Part shown: piece after piece, positions 9,270-19,304 of the stretch
Layout of the letters: every line of letters begins with the position of its first letter
How positions within the stretch are numbered: position 1 is the first letter of the stretch
From: Syntrophorhabdaceae bacterium
GTDB taxonomy: Bacteria > Desulfobacterota > Syntrophorhabdia > Syntrophorhabdales > Syntrophorhabdaceae
DNA length: 64,000 nucleotides
Direction of reading: 5' to 3'
NCBI GenBank assembly: GCA_963665295.1
Contig: OY762209.1
Span: forward strand, 96,001 to 160,000
Made by a program: the position numbers and the translations under genes
Notes under the pieces: generated by a model
What the model was told of the DNA's origin: nothing
The model's input: the letters and a program-made list of their open reading frames with translations, nothing else
Databases searched by the model: none

Positions 9270-10755
9270 TCCTGCCTCTCAAAGTTTTCCGTCGTGAAAT
9301 GGTGAAATAGAATGTAGCTCCCTTTCCCACCTGCCCTTCCGCCCATACCTGTCCTTCATGGCGATGGATAATGCGTTGAACCGTGGCAAGGCCGATACCG
9401 GTGCCTTCAAATTCATCATCTCTGTGCAATCGCTGGAAGGGTGCGAAGAGCTTGTTCGCGTACGCCATATCGAAGCCCGCCCCATTGTCCCGCACAAAGA
9501 ACACCTGCATTCCCTGTTCTGTTACCGCGCCGAACTCTATTCTTCCGGGCCCATTACCGGTAAACTTATACGCGTTTCCGAGCAGGTTTTCCATCACTAT
9601 CCTGAGCAGGTTCTGATCCCCCTGCACCGTGATCCCGGAAGCGATGATAAATTCAACCCTGTGTGCGCGATCCGTCTTCCCAAGCTCTGCAGCTATGGCC
9701 GAAGCCATGGAACTCAGGTCAGCTCTCCCATAGTGGACCTCGGTCCTCGAGATGCGTGAAAGTTTCAGTATGTCGTCAATGAGTCGGGCCATACGCTGGC
9801 TCGCCAGGCGGGTCCGTGTCAGGAAGTCCTGGCCTTCCTCATCCAGTTGATCGTGGTAGTCCTCAAACAGGGCCTGGCTGAAACCGTCGATGGCCCTTAA
9901 GGGCGCCCGTAAATCATGGGAGACCGAGTAGCTGAAGGCCTCCAGTTCTTTGTTCAGGTCCTCCAGTTCCGCAGTCCTGCGCACGAGGTTTTCATGGGCT
10001 GTTCTGTTTTCCGCCTCTACCCGTTTTCGGTCCGTTATATCCCGGACTATAGACTGAACAAGGATCTCTCCGCCCAGTTCGATCCGGTTCAGGCTGACCT
10101 CGGCATCGAAGGGGGTTCCATCGATCCGGTAATGCCTCAATTCGAAAGACTGAGGTTCCCCGGAAAGGACTTTGTCCGTCTTCTCAACGAATTGTGCCCG
10201 CGTATCCTTCCCGTCCGGCTGGATGGCCGGTGAGAACTTCAGGATGGACTCTCCCATCATCACCTCGTTTCCGGAGCATCCGAACATTTTCAACGTCTGG
10301 GCATTAAGGTCGATTATTCTACCCTCTTTGGCGATCAGTATCGCGTCGTTGGCGCAGTCGAAGAGGGTTTTGTACTTTGCTTCGCTCTTTTTCAAGGCTT
10401 CTTCGGTCTCTTTGCGACTGGTGATATCCACAATAATGCCTTCGATTACGCCTTGTTCTGCGTAAACCCTAGCGGAATAGGAGCCCCAGAACAGGGAACC
10501 GTCTTTCTTCCTGAACTCGAGTTCAAGGTTGTACACATCCCCTTCTTCAATAAGCGACTCCTTGACCCGGTCTCTTGCCTCATCAGGCCGTACATAGAAA
10601 TCGGTGGCTGTGGTCCCTTCGAAGGAGTCCATGCCGAAGAGGCTTCGCATCGCCGGGTTCGCCTCGATGATCATCCCATCGCGGAGGGAACTCCAAAACA
10701 TGGCAACCACTGAATTCTCGAAAAGATTCCGATATTTGTCCATATGGCCCTTCAT
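9241..10755 (-). CDS. cytoplasmic PAS-PAS histidine kinase (phytochrome-type kinase core)
   Basis: Two PAS domains, [36 protein letters not shown]; start may be GTG 10818. Confidence 0.92.
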   Translation of the reverse strand: MKGHMDKYRNLFENSVVAMFWSSLRDGMIIEANPAMRSLFGMDSFEGTTATDFYVRPDEARDRVKESLIEEGDVYNLELEFRKKDGSLFWGSYSARVYAEQGVIEGIIVDITSRKETEEALKKSEAKYKTLFDCANDAILIAKEGRIIDLNAQTLKMFGCSGNEVMMGESILKFSPAIQPDGKDTRAQFVEKTDKVLSGEPQSFELRHYRIDGTPFDAEVSLNRIELGGEILVQSIVRDITDRKRVEAENRTAHENLVRRTAELEDLNKELEAFSYSVSHDLRAPLRAIDGFSQALFEDYHDQLDEEGQDFLTRTRLASQRMARLIDDILKLSRISRTEVHYGRADLSSMASAIAAELGKTDRAHRVEFIIASGITVQGDQNLLRIVMENLLGNAYKFTGNGPGRIEFGAVTEQGMQVFFVRDNGAGFDMAYANKLFAPFQRLHRDDEFEGTGIGLATVQRIIHRHEGQVWAEGQVGKGATFYFTISRRKTLRGRNEGKDYSSR

Positions 10756-10814
10756 CTCCCTTCCGACCCCGGAACCATCCACCTGTGTTCCTCCAACCCT
10801 CCCCTCTATTCGGG

Positions 10815-11369
10815 TCACATGGGCCCGTATGGGTAATACTCCACTTCCGGCCGCAGGTTTTGCATTTCTCCGTGGCTTTCCGCAAGAAGCGACTGGAAGA
10901 ATCTCTTCACCTCAGGTGATTCTGCGGTGAAGTCCAGTTGTTCCAGGGCCTGGTCGATGGATAATTCTCTGTTCTCGCGGAATGCTGCATCCGCCTTCAC
11001 GCATACGTTCCCCGACTCGTCTTTGATTGACGCGGCGATATGTATGTCCGTGCCCTCCATCCTGATCAATTCACTGGTCACCCTGTATGTTCTGCCGGGC
11101 GCCAGGGGCCTGATAAAATCCGTCCTCACGCTGCGGGTAACGCATATTTTCCTTATATTCGCATGAATTCCGTACCACATAACCACGTCCATTATGCCGA
11201 AAAGGATCGCGTTCGGAGCGGTACCGGTCCCGGCGCCGAATCGTTTATCCAACCGTAAGTCGCAGTATATCTCGTCATTATCCCACACCATCTTCAGTCT
11301 GAGACCGTCGGGCCTCTCCCGACTTACGAAAAATGAATTCTTGTGACCCGGCAACATATCCATAGCCAT
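10815..11369 (-). CDS. hotdog-fold (PaaI-like) thioesterase
   Basis: GLRL...ILFGIMD..MW...VT....DFIRPL pattern; RBS AAAGGAG before ATG 11369; paralog of 12540-13070. Confidence 0.7.
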   Translation of the reverse strand: MAMDMLPGHKNSFFVSRERPDGLRLKMVWDNDEIYCDLRLDKRFGAGTGTAPNAILFGIMDVVMWYGIHANIRKICVTRSVRTDFIRPLAPGRTYRVTSELIRMEGTDIHIAASIKDESGNVCVKADAAFRENRELSIDQALEQLDFTAESPEVKRFFQSLLAESHGEMQNLRPEVEYYPYGPM

Positions 11370-11679
11370 TTCTCCTTTCCCGCGCCATCTCATTGTCTGC
11401 CGCCTGGAATCCGGACCGTCCGTCCTTCTCCCATCTGCAGCCGCCAACCCTTCCCCGGAAACAAATTGACAGCGCGCGCCACCGGCGGAAACCGGAATAC
11501 CGGGAACACCATAACCGTGGGGTCGTTCCATCGATCTCCCGCAAAGAAAGCATCTCTCTGCCCCCGTCGTAGGGGGGGTACTGGAGGGCCATCTTACCCG
11601 GCGGCCCTCCAGCGAAGGTTGGAGCATGATACACTTTCTTTCTTTTCATAAAGCCCTCGCCCATCAAGGGCGGGCCGGA

Positions 11680-12390
11680 TTAGTCAAGGGCCGTGGTCGC
11701 TTTAGGGACAACGCGCCACTTCGCCCACCCCTTTGCCGCCACTACCACCCCGACGGCCAAAGCAAGTTGAACACCATAATCAAGGAGACGGCTCGGATGC
11801 CCGTGGAACACGGTACGGACCATCCAGGGGTCGCTCACGATCATCTCTCCTGCGACCCTTCCCAGGACTGCCGCGCCGAGGAGCACGATCACCGGAAACC
11901 GGTCCATGAGCTTTGTAATGATACTACTCGCGAATACCACGATGGGGATGCTCGTGGCAAGCCCGATGAGAAGGAGAAGCAGGTCCCCCTTTGCCGCACC
12001 GGCGACCCCGAGCACGTTGTCGAGACTCATCACAAGATCCGCCATGAGGATGGTGATAATGGCCTGACGGAGGCCGTGCACTTCCTTCACGTCTTCATCT
12101 TCGGATTGGGGCAAAAGGAGCTTGAAGGCAATCCAGAGGATGAGGAGACCGCCCGCGAGTTTCACGAAGGATATCTCGAGGAGCTTCGCAGCCACGAAGG
12201 TGAGGCCTATCCTGAGTATTACCGCTCCCGCGGTGCCGAGTATGATGCCCCACTGTCTCTCCTTATCCGGCAGGGTGCGGACCGCCATGGCGATGACCAC
12301 TGCATTGTCTCCGGAAAGGATCATGTTGATAAACATGATGTTGAGAAGCCCGAAAAAGAAGACACCCGTAAATATGTGACCTAAATCCAT
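11680..12390 (-). CDS. TerC/YjbE family membrane protein
   Basis: ILSGDNAVVIAMA and ILMADLVMSLDNVL motifs; multiple TM helices. Confidence 0.92.
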   Translation of the reverse strand: MDLGHIFTGVFFFGLLNIMFINMILSGDNAVVIAMAVRTLPDKERQWGIILGTAGAVILRIGLTFVAAKLLEISFVKLAGGLLILWIAFKLLLPQSEDEDVKEVHGLRQAIITILMADLVMSLDNVLGVAGAAKGDLLLLLIGLATSIPIVVFASSIITKLMDRFPVIVLLGAAVLGRVAGEMIVSDPWMVRTVFHGHPSRLLDYGVQLALAVGVVVAAKGWAKWRVVPKATTALD

Positions 12391-12539
12391 CTAATACCTC
12401 CCGTATATTGTCCGGCAAGGGTGTCCACACCGGGTCCACACCTTCACGGTACTCTCGCTAAGTGCGGCAAGGGCGGCTCCTTTCGTGTCCATGGGGAACG
12501 CCACGTCCCCGGCCCCTTCGGGGAGAAACCGAAAGGTTT

Positions 12540-13070
12540 TTACACTTTCCATGGCTCATGTTTCTCCTGCATCGTGAAGCCGACTCCAGTGCGCAATGAA
12601 TTGAAGAAGTCCCTCATCCACGGCGTGGTATCGGTGAAATCCAGATTGTTGATGACATCTTCTATATTCGTGTTCCTACTTTCTTTAAAAAGGCCCGATA
12701 CCTTTGTATAGACACGGCCGTCCTGGTCTTCGATCCACGAATCGGCGTAAAAGTCCTTTTCATCGACATCCAACAGCCTGCTCTTCGCGCGATAGGTGAT
12801 ATTACACGGTATGGGCGTAAAACATTCTATGGTGGTCTTTCTGGTCATGCATATCTTTCCTGTTTGCATTATGAGGGCATACCACATGAGGGAGTCCATA
12901 ATCCCGAAGAGGATGCCGTTATAGGGCCTGTCCACTTCGTTTTTGAACCTCTCGTCGATTCGGAAGTCCGCATACACGTGATCACCCGTATAGAGTGCAT
13001 GAAGTCTCAAACCGTCTTTTCTTTTCTGACTGAAAAAAAAGGATTCTCTATAAGCGGGAAGTATCTCCAT
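12540..13070 (-). CDS. hotdog-fold (PaaI-like) thioesterase
   Basis: DGLRLH...YNGILFGIMDSLMW...ICMT; RBS GAGGTG. Confidence 0.72.
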   Translation of the reverse strand: MEILPAYRESFFFSQKRKDGLRLHALYTGDHVYADFRIDERFKNEVDRPYNGILFGIMDSLMWYALIMQTGKICMTRKTTIECFTPIPCNITYRAKSRLLDVDEKDFYADSWIEDQDGRVYTKVSGLFKESRNTNIEDVINNLDFTDTTPWMRDFFNSLRTGVGFTMQEKHEPWKV

Positions 13071-13201
13071 CCGGCACCTCGATGTAGTGATTCGATATCC
13101 TTTTGTGCATCATCCGGAGTTCTGCGCCGAAGACTTGTGTCATGGTCCGGCCCCGGGATGCATTCACGGTTGCGCCCGCATCCACATCAACCCCTCATTC
13201 T

Positions 13202-13232
13202 AATAAAGGGCAGGGCCTCTCCGACCCTGCCC
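13202..13232 (-). terminator. intrinsic terminator-like hairpin
   Basis: Minus strand GGGCAGGGTC-GGAGA-GGCCCTGCCC followed by TTTATT. Confidence 0.65.
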
Positions 13233-13437
13233 CATTAAAAGGGGGGGTTACAACGAGGTGTGTTGCCACCTCAATTATGGGTTCCTGACTTCCGATGCTG
13301 CACAACCTGCCCCGGCTTTTGCCGGAAAATCCTGTCTGTCCTGTCAACAACATCCTAAATTTGCCGCATTCCCGCTTTCGCGGAAGTAACCCTTGGACTC
13401 CGCTCCTCCTTTTCGCAACTTCATGCTTTTAGGGGGA

Positions 13438-13465
13438 GGACTGGCCCGGCCGGCCGGGCCAGTCC
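13438..13465. repeat. perfect 28-bp palindrome (hairpin)
   Basis: GGACTGGCCCGGCCGGCCGGGCCAGTCC. Confidence 0.8.
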
Positions 13466-13567
13466 CTAAGGAGGAGGGTTACAAATACTACGTGTATAAA
13501 CTCTTACATCTCAAGCGGTCTTAAAGAGGACCGCGCTTTTTCGCTCAACCGGCGCCGGGCGCCTTTA

Positions 13568-15181
13568 TTATTGATGGTCTCCCCACATGCCGTACTTTTC
13601 TCTCAGGACCCTGTGGAGGATCTTGCCCGTAGGTGTTTTGGGCATCTCTTCGTCCTTGATAAAGGCAACCGTCTTGGGAACCTTGAAACCTGCGATCTTG
13701 CCTTTGCAAAAGGCCATTACTTCTTCCGGTGTGGCAGTCTGCCCTTCATGGAGCACTACGAATGCCATTACCGATTCGCCCCATTTCTCGTGAGGCACGC
13801 CGATTACCGCTACGTCCTTGACTTTGGGGTTGCCGCCCACGCAGTTCTCCACTTCGGAAGGATAGATGTTCTCGCCGCCGGAGATGATCATGTTTGCCTT
13901 CCTGTCAACGAGAAAGAGGTAGCCGTCTTCATCCTTGTAGCCCATGTCGCCTGCGCTGAAAAATTCGCCCTTCATTGCCGCCGCCAACTTCTCAGGCTCC
14001 TTCCAATAACCAGAAAGAAGCATGGCGCTTCTCGCGTATACCTCACCGACCTTGTTCGGACCGGTTACGAGGTTCCCTTCTTCGTCATAGAGCCGAATCA
14101 CGCTTGAACCGATGCACTCGCGGCCGCATGAGCCGAGCTTTGTAAGCTGTTCCTCGGGCCTCAGGACGGTGATCGCCCCGGTCTCTGTCGAACCATAGGC
14201 CTCATCCAACTGTGAATTGGGAAACATCTCAAGAACGGCCAGCTTTGTGTCTCTCCGCGCAGGTGCCGAGGAGATGAGAAGTTTCTTGACGCTGGACAGG
14301 TCGTATTTCTTCTTCACGTCGTCCGGCAATGCCAGGATCATGATGTACTGCGTGGGAACGAGGGAGGTGAAGGTCACCTTGTGCTCGGAAAAGGTCTTGA
14401 GCAGGTCTTCCGCGTCGAAACTGACGGTGTTGTAAGCCATAACCGCCGCGCCGATCCAGGTATTCACGAAGGAATAGTAAATCGAGTTGATGTGGCAGCA
14501 AGGCATGACGAGGAGGTTGACGCCGTCCGGCATTGCCGAGAAGCCGTGGTCGTGGATCATAATGAAATACTGGGCAATGCAGGACCGGTGGCTCTTCATT
14601 ACGCCTTTCGGTTTGCCCGTGGTGCCGCTTGTATACATAATGACCCAGATGTCTTCCGGGTCCACTCTTACATCGGGCTCTTCCGGGCCGGCTTTTGCCA
14701 TGGCCTCTTCGTAGTCCGTAAAACCCTCGTACTTGGGGGCGTCAAAGCCGAAGGAAACATAACCCGTTACGCCGGGGATGTCCTTCTTCATGCCGTTCAC
14801 CATATCGATCCAGGGGAATGGTTTCCCGTTCTTCTTGTCGATGCCGCCCTGAACTATAAAAACCTTGCACTCGGCATGGTTGATGTTGTATGCCATCTCC
14901 GCTGCGGAAAGCCTGAACATAAGGGGAACGATAATGAAGCCGCCCTTCGCCGCAGCGGCATAAATCTCCATCCACTCAACGCAATTGTAAGCGAGAGCGG
15001 CAAAGGTGTCGCCCTTTTTCATGCCCAGGGCCGTCAACGCGTTGGCGAGCCTGCACGACCTCTCATTCCACTCCTTGAAGGTATACTCCTTGTAAAGATC
15101 CTTGATGCCGAGCTTGTTGGGCCACTTTGCAGCGTTAACTTCAAGAACTTCTTTTGCGGTTGGCCAGAAATCTGACTTCAT
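13568..15181 (-). CDS. acyl-CoA synthetase (AMP-forming, class I adenylate-forming)
   Basis: YTSGTTGKPKG, YGSTE, SAGD, DRKANMIISGGENIYP, PKTPTGKI; RBS AAGGAGG before ATG 15181. Confidence 0.93.
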   Translation of the reverse strand: MKSDFWPTAKEVLEVNAAKWPNKLGIKDLYKEYTFKEWNERSCRLANALTALGMKKGDTFAALAYNCVEWMEIYAAAAKGGFIIVPLMFRLSAAEMAYNINHAECKVFIVQGGIDKKNGKPFPWIDMVNGMKKDIPGVTGYVSFGFDAPKYEGFTDYEEAMAKAGPEEPDVRVDPEDIWVIMYTSGTTGKPKGVMKSHRSCIAQYFIMIHDHGFSAMPDGVNLLVMPCCHINSIYYSFVNTWIGAAVMAYNTVSFDAEDLLKTFSEHKVTFTSLVPTQYIMILALPDDVKKKYDLSSVKKLLISSAPARRDTKLAVLEMFPNSQLDEAYGSTETGAITVLRPEEQLTKLGSCGRECIGSSVIRLYDEEGNLVTGPNKVGEVYARSAMLLSGYWKEPEKLAAAMKGEFFSAGDMGYKDEDGYLFLVDRKANMIISGGENIYPSEVENCVGGNPKVKDVAVIGVPHEKWGESVMAFVVLHEGQTATPEEVMAFCKGKIAGFKVPKTVAFIKDEEMPKTPTGKILHRVLREKYGMWGDHQ

Positions 15182-15314
15182 TGCTTCCTCCTTGATAATG
15201 TATTGGGTCATCTGAAGACTTCATCACGTCAAATCCGATGGCCCTTCTAATCGTAGCTAAAGCATTCTGTCGCGTGCCTTTTACTCGCTCTGAATGCCTG
15301 GAAGGCCGAATTAC

Positions 15315-16490
15315 TCATATGCGCTCGATGAGCACTGCGAAACCCATGCCCCCGCCGGCACAAAGGGAGGCTATACCCAGATTAAGATTCTCGGCCATCA
15401 TTTCATAGAGAAGGGTGACGATCAGCCGGCACCCCGTCGCGCCGACCGGGTGGCCCAGAGAGATTCCATTTCCATAAATGTTTACCTTGTTCCGATTGAG
15501 CTTCAATGCTTTTTCGCAGGCCAGGTACTGGGCTGCGAAGGCCTCATTGATTTCGAACCGGTCGATGTCGTCCAGGTTCAGGTTCGCCTTTTTCAGGACC
15601 TCCTGAATGGCAGGCACAGGACCGATGCCCATATAACTGGGATCCACACCGGCCACGTGGTAGGCCCTTATCCGCGCAAGGGGTTTAAGACCCAACTCTT
15701 TTGCTTTTTCCTTGTCGGCCAGAACGATTACCGAGGCCGCGTCATTCATGGAACAGGAATTTCCGGCAGTAACGGTTCCGTCCTTTTTGAAGACGGCGGG
15801 GAGTTTTGCCATCATCTCTACATTTGCGTCCGCCCTTGCGTGTTCGTCCGTGTCGAAAAGAATGGGAGCTTTCTTGCGTTGCGGAATGGGGAAAGGTGCT
15901 ATCTCGGCTTTGAACCTGCCCTCTTTAATAGCCTTCACTGCCCGCTGGTGGCTCAGGACCGAGTACTCATCCTGTTCTTCCCTGGAGATATTATACTGGT
16001 CCGCGAGATTTTCGGCAGTCAGCCCCATCCCCACACCGATGAAGGGTTCCTGCATACCGGTCCAGACCAGATCCTGGGCTTTCAAGTGGCGCAGGCGCTG
16101 TCCCCAGCGCGCTGTCTGCATGAGGTAAGGTGCATTGCTCATGCTTTCCACGCCGCCGGCCAGCATTACATCCGATTCCTCACAGAGAATAGACTGTGTG
16201 GCCGAGATGATTGCCTGAAGAGAAGAGCCGCAGGTGCTGCTGATGGTAAATCCGGGTACCTCTTTCGGAATCCCGGCCCTGTAGGCCGCGCTTCGGGCGA
16301 TGTTTTGCTCGATTGCCCCGAAACTGCAACCAAAGGTCACCTTGTCTATCTGTTCGGGTTGAACATTGGCCCGGACCACAACGTCTCTGATGATATGCTC
16401 CGCCAGATCCAATGGCTGGATGTCCCTGAGAGTTCCACCAAAATCCCCGATGGCTGTCCTTGCTGCTCCTGCTATGACAATCTCCTTCAT
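15315..16490 (-). CDS. acetyl-CoA acyltransferase (thiolase)
   Basis: TCGSSL active Cys, AGGVESMS, NEAFA, GHPVGATG, SLCAGGG. Confidence 0.95.
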   Translation of the reverse strand: MKEIVIAGAARTAIGDFGGTLRDIQPLDLAEHIIRDVVVRANVQPEQIDKVTFGCSFGAIEQNIARSAAYRAGIPKEVPGFTISSTCGSSLQAIISATQSILCEESDVMLAGGVESMSNAPYLMQTARWGQRLRHLKAQDLVWTGMQEPFIGVGMGLTAENLADQYNISREEQDEYSVLSHQRAVKAIKEGRFKAEIAPFPIPQRKKAPILFDTDEHARADANVEMMAKLPAVFKKDGTVTAGNSCSMNDAASVIVLADKEKAKELGLKPLARIRAYHVAGVDPSYMGIGPVPAIQEVLKKANLNLDDIDRFEINEAFAAQYLACEKALKLNRNKVNIYGNGISLGHPVGATGCRLIVTLLYEMMAENLNLGIASLCAGGGMGFAVLIERI

Positions 16491-16501
16491 ATCTTCCTCC
16501 T

Positions 16502-17290
16502 TTATTTTCCTTTGAATACGGGCTTTCTTTTTTCTATGAAAGCCTGTATGCCTTCCTTCCCGTCTTCTGTGGTACACAATTGCCCGGCAAGGTTCGATTC
16601 CAGCGCCAACCCGTCGGAAAGGGGCAGATAGGCTCCGCTGTTGATTGCCTCCATGGCGAGCTTGATCGAAATGGGCGCATTTTTGATGATTCTTCTCAAA
16701 AAGTGCTCCGATTCCGCGATCAAGTCTGTTGCGGGGACTACCTTGCTTACCAGCCCTATCTTCAATGCTTCATCGGCGCTTATGGTCTCCCCCGTGAGCA
16801 CGAGTTCCATGGCCTTCGTTTTACCGACAATTTGTATAATTCGTTGTGTACCGCCCCAGCCCGGCATTATGCCTACCGATATTTCGGGTAGGCCGAGCCT
16901 TATTTTTTCCGCGGCGATCCTGAACGTACAGGCAAGGGCCAGTTCCAGACCGCCACCCATGGCCATCCCGTTCAGGGCCGCCACAGACGGCTTTCCCAAA
17001 TTCTCAAGGTTCCGCAGCGCGATTTGTCCGTACCGGGACCATTCACGGCCTCCAAGGGCCCTTTGGCTTTCTTCTACAAAAACATTGATGTCCGCACCAG
17101 GACTGAACGACTTGTCTCCCGCTCCGGTAACTATGACCGCACGGCAGTCCGGGTCTTCCTTCCATTTTGACAGGACCTCCACAAGTTCGATGAGGCACTC
17201 CTTGTTGAGGGCATTGAGGAACTTGGGACGATTGATGGTCACATAACCTATGTTGTGTGTCAGTTCGTACAGTATGTTGGCGTCTCCCAT
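16502..17290 (-). CDS. enoyl-CoA hydratase (crotonase family)
   Basis: NRPKFLNAL, GADI, GGGLELALAC, LPEISVGIMPGWGGTQR. Confidence 0.95.
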   Translation of the reverse strand: MGDANILYELTHNIGYVTINRPKFLNALNKECLIELVEVLSKWKEDPDCRAVIVTGAGDKSFSPGADINVFVEESQRALGGREWSRYGQIALRNLENLGKPSVAALNGMAMGGGLELALACTFRIAAEKIRLGLPEISVGIMPGWGGTQRIIQIVGKTKAMELVLTGETISADEALKIGLVSKVVPATDLIAESEHFLRRIIKNAPISIKLAMEAINSGAYLPLSDGLALESNLAGQLCTTEDGKEGIQAFIEKRKPVFKGK

Positions 17291-17320
17291 TTCCGGCTCC
17301 TTTGCGTTTCTCTTCTCTGA

Positions 17321-18202
17321 TTAGAGGTCCATCGGTTTCGGGTTCTTGGGGTCCGACCAGTCATAGAATCCTTTTCCTGCCTTGAGGCCCAGGGAACCCA
17401 GGGTGACCATGCGCTTCATAAGAGGAAGCGGGGCATAGCGTTTTTCCTTATATTCCTCAAAGAGACTCTTTGCGCCGTTCACGAGCACATCCAGGCCTAT
17501 GAAATCAGCGAGCATAAGGGGGCCCATGGGATGATTGCATCCCAGCTTCATGGAAGCATCGATGTCCGCCACAGAAGCGACGCCGTCCTGTAATGCCCTT
17601 ATCGCGTCGAGCAAGAAGGGGGTGAGCAGGAGGTTGACGATGAAGCCCGCATTGTCTTTTGCAACCACCGGCGTCTTCTTGAGGGATTTGACAAAAGCGA
17701 AGGCCGTGTCAAATACTTCCGGTTCCGTGCGAATGGTCTTTATCACTTCTACCAGGGGCATGACCGTGGCGGGGTTGAAAAAATGAAGTCCTATGAACTT
17801 GTCTTGTCTCGATGTATTCGCGGCAATATCGCTGACCGACAAGGATGACGTGTTGGTGGCAAGAATCGTTTCCGGTCCGCAAAGCGTATCGAGCTTCTTG
17901 AAAACGTCGAGCTTGAGCGACATAACTTCCGGGACAGCTTCAATGATCAGGTCGCACCCGGACAACTCCTGGAGGTCCGTTACACCCGTCAGTCTATGCA
18001 ATGCGCTTTCCTTGTCTTCGACGCTGAGCGCGCCCTTGGCCGCCGCCTTCTCGATGGCGCCTTTCACTCTGCCAAGGCCTTTTTGCAGGAATTCGTCGTT
18101 TATTTCGTGGGCTACCACTTCATACCCTGCCTGAAGTCCGAGTTGAACAATACCTGCGCCCATGGCGCCGCAACCTACCACACCAATTCTTTTAACGGCC
18201 AC
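17321..18202 (-). CDS. 3-hydroxyacyl-CoA (3-hydroxybutyryl-CoA) dehydrogenase
   Basis: GCGAMGAG, IEAVPE, TNTSSL, GLHFFNP, HPMGP; GTG start after AAGGAGGAG. Confidence 0.95.
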   Translation of the reverse strand: MAVKRIGVVGCGAMGAGIVQLGLQAGYEVVAHEINDEFLQKGLGRVKGAIEKAAAKGALSVEDKESALHRLTGVTDLQELSGCDLIIEAVPEVMSLKLDVFKKLDTLCGPETILATNTSSLSVSDIAANTSRQDKFIGLHFFNPATVMPLVEVIKTIRTEPEVFDTAFAFVKSLKKTPVVAKDNAGFIVNLLLTPFLLDAIRALQDGVASVADIDASMKLGCNHPMGPLMLADFIGLDVLVNGAKSLFEEYKEKRYAPLPLMKRMVTLGSLGLKAGKGFYDWSDPKNPKPMDL

Positions 18203-18275
18203 CTGCTCCTCCTTTGAGGGCTCTTTCGCCTCGCCCTCCAAATATGATTTTCTCTCCAGCCTATCAGCTTTAGTT

Positions 18276-18363
18276 TACTAACCAGTTACTTATAACCCGG
18301 TCGTAAAAACCGGAGTAAACCCCCATGTGCTGCCCATCCATTCTAGTTACTAACCCCTTAGTA
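18276..18363. promoter_or_regulatory. two TetR-type operators upstream of the beta-oxidation operon
   Basis: TACTAACCAGTTACTT (18276-18291) and TACTAACCCCTTAGTA (18348-18363). Confidence 0.7.
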
Positions 18364-18437
18364 ATCATCGGGCCATTTATTTTTTGGCGCGCTCACAAAA
18401 TCGCGAATATCAACCTATGCAATGGTTGAGTCCGGTA

Positions 18438-19037
18438 TTACTTCAGGATGCCGCTCAGGGTAATGTCCCTGTATGCGAGGGCGAATTTGGCCCCGTCGAT
18501 CTCGTCGGCATTGGCGTACCACTCAATAAGGGCGCCATCGTGTATCGCGTTGATGACGTGCACCGCAAGATCGATGTCGAGCTTGTCTTTGATCACGCCT
18601 TCCTTCTTTCCCAGTTCCAGCAGTTCTCTGTAAAAGCTCCGGTATCTGGCCTTTATGGCCTTGATCTTCGTCTCGATCTTCGTCCCGCTGCCCACCATCT
18701 CGGCGCTGATGGTCATGAAACCGACGCAGAGATCCCTGTTATTGTAGGCGAAGTCACTGGCCCACTTATGGGTATATTTCATTTTGTGAAGAAAGTCGCC
18801 TTTCGAATCCCGCACAGCCTTAATGATGGGATCGAGGAACAGGGACTCGTATCTGTCCACAATCGTCTCCAGAAGTTGACCCTTGCTCTCGAAGTGAAGG
18901 TAGAACGCCGCTTTGCTGACGGAGGTGGCGTCGGTGATGTCTTCGACCCTTGTAGCATTGTAGCCCTTCTGGAGGATAAGCTTTATGCTCTTATCGATTA
19001 TCTCTTCTTTCAGCGGTGTTTTCTGGTTTCGCGTCAT
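18438..19037 (-). CDS. TetR/AcrR family regulator
   Basis: KGYNATRVEDITDATSVSKAAFYLHFESK HTH. Confidence 0.93.
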   Translation of the reverse strand: MTRNQKTPLKEEIIDKSIKLILQKGYNATRVEDITDATSVSKAAFYLHFESKGQLLETIVDRYESLFLDPIIKAVRDSKGDFLHKMKYTHKWASDFAYNNRDLCVGFMTISAEMVGSGTKIETKIKAIKARYRSFYRELLELGKKEGVIKDKLDIDLAVHVINAIHDGALIEWYANADEIDGAKFALAYRDITLSGILK

Positions 19038-19057
19038 ATCCTTTTCCTGCCATCTCG

Positions 19058-19073
19058 TACTGACTGGTTAGTA
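19058..19073. promoter_or_regulatory. TetR-type operator
   Basis: TACTGACTGGTTAGTA imperfect palindrome 20 bp upstream of the tetR start. Confidence 0.7.
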
Positions 19074-19280
19074 AGTATGTTCTTATATAATCATATAGTA
19101 ACTTCTTTGTCAACAACAAAATATGTAAATTATCACCTTACGATCTTCTTGCCATCCCATTTTTTCGTTTATAATGAGGCAGGAGAGACGTTTTGCCGCA
19201 AACTGCGGGTCTATTCCCGACCTGCCCTGAAAGTTTTTCCTTGACAATTTTTGGAGCGCGGTGTTAATCTTGACAACGCA

Positions 19281-19296
19281 TACCAAACGATTAGTA
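19281..19296. promoter_or_regulatory. TetR-type operator
   Basis: TACCAAACGATTAGTA just downstream of TTGACA (19270-19275), before the second tetR. Confidence 0.6.
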
Positions 19297-19304
19297 CGAG
19301 TAAA

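Noticed and set aside
11370..11667. N-terminal extension of the hotdog ORF to 11627 (contains CFLCG) and overlapping 129-aa ORF
   Set aside because: Good RBS at 11369 and the paralog length favour the shorter gene; the upstream frames have no recognisable family
12391..12540. Possible yybP-ykoY Mn riboswitch upstream of the TerC gene
   Set aside because: Conserved GGGGAGUA and GAGACC elements not found by eye; an Infernal search would settle it
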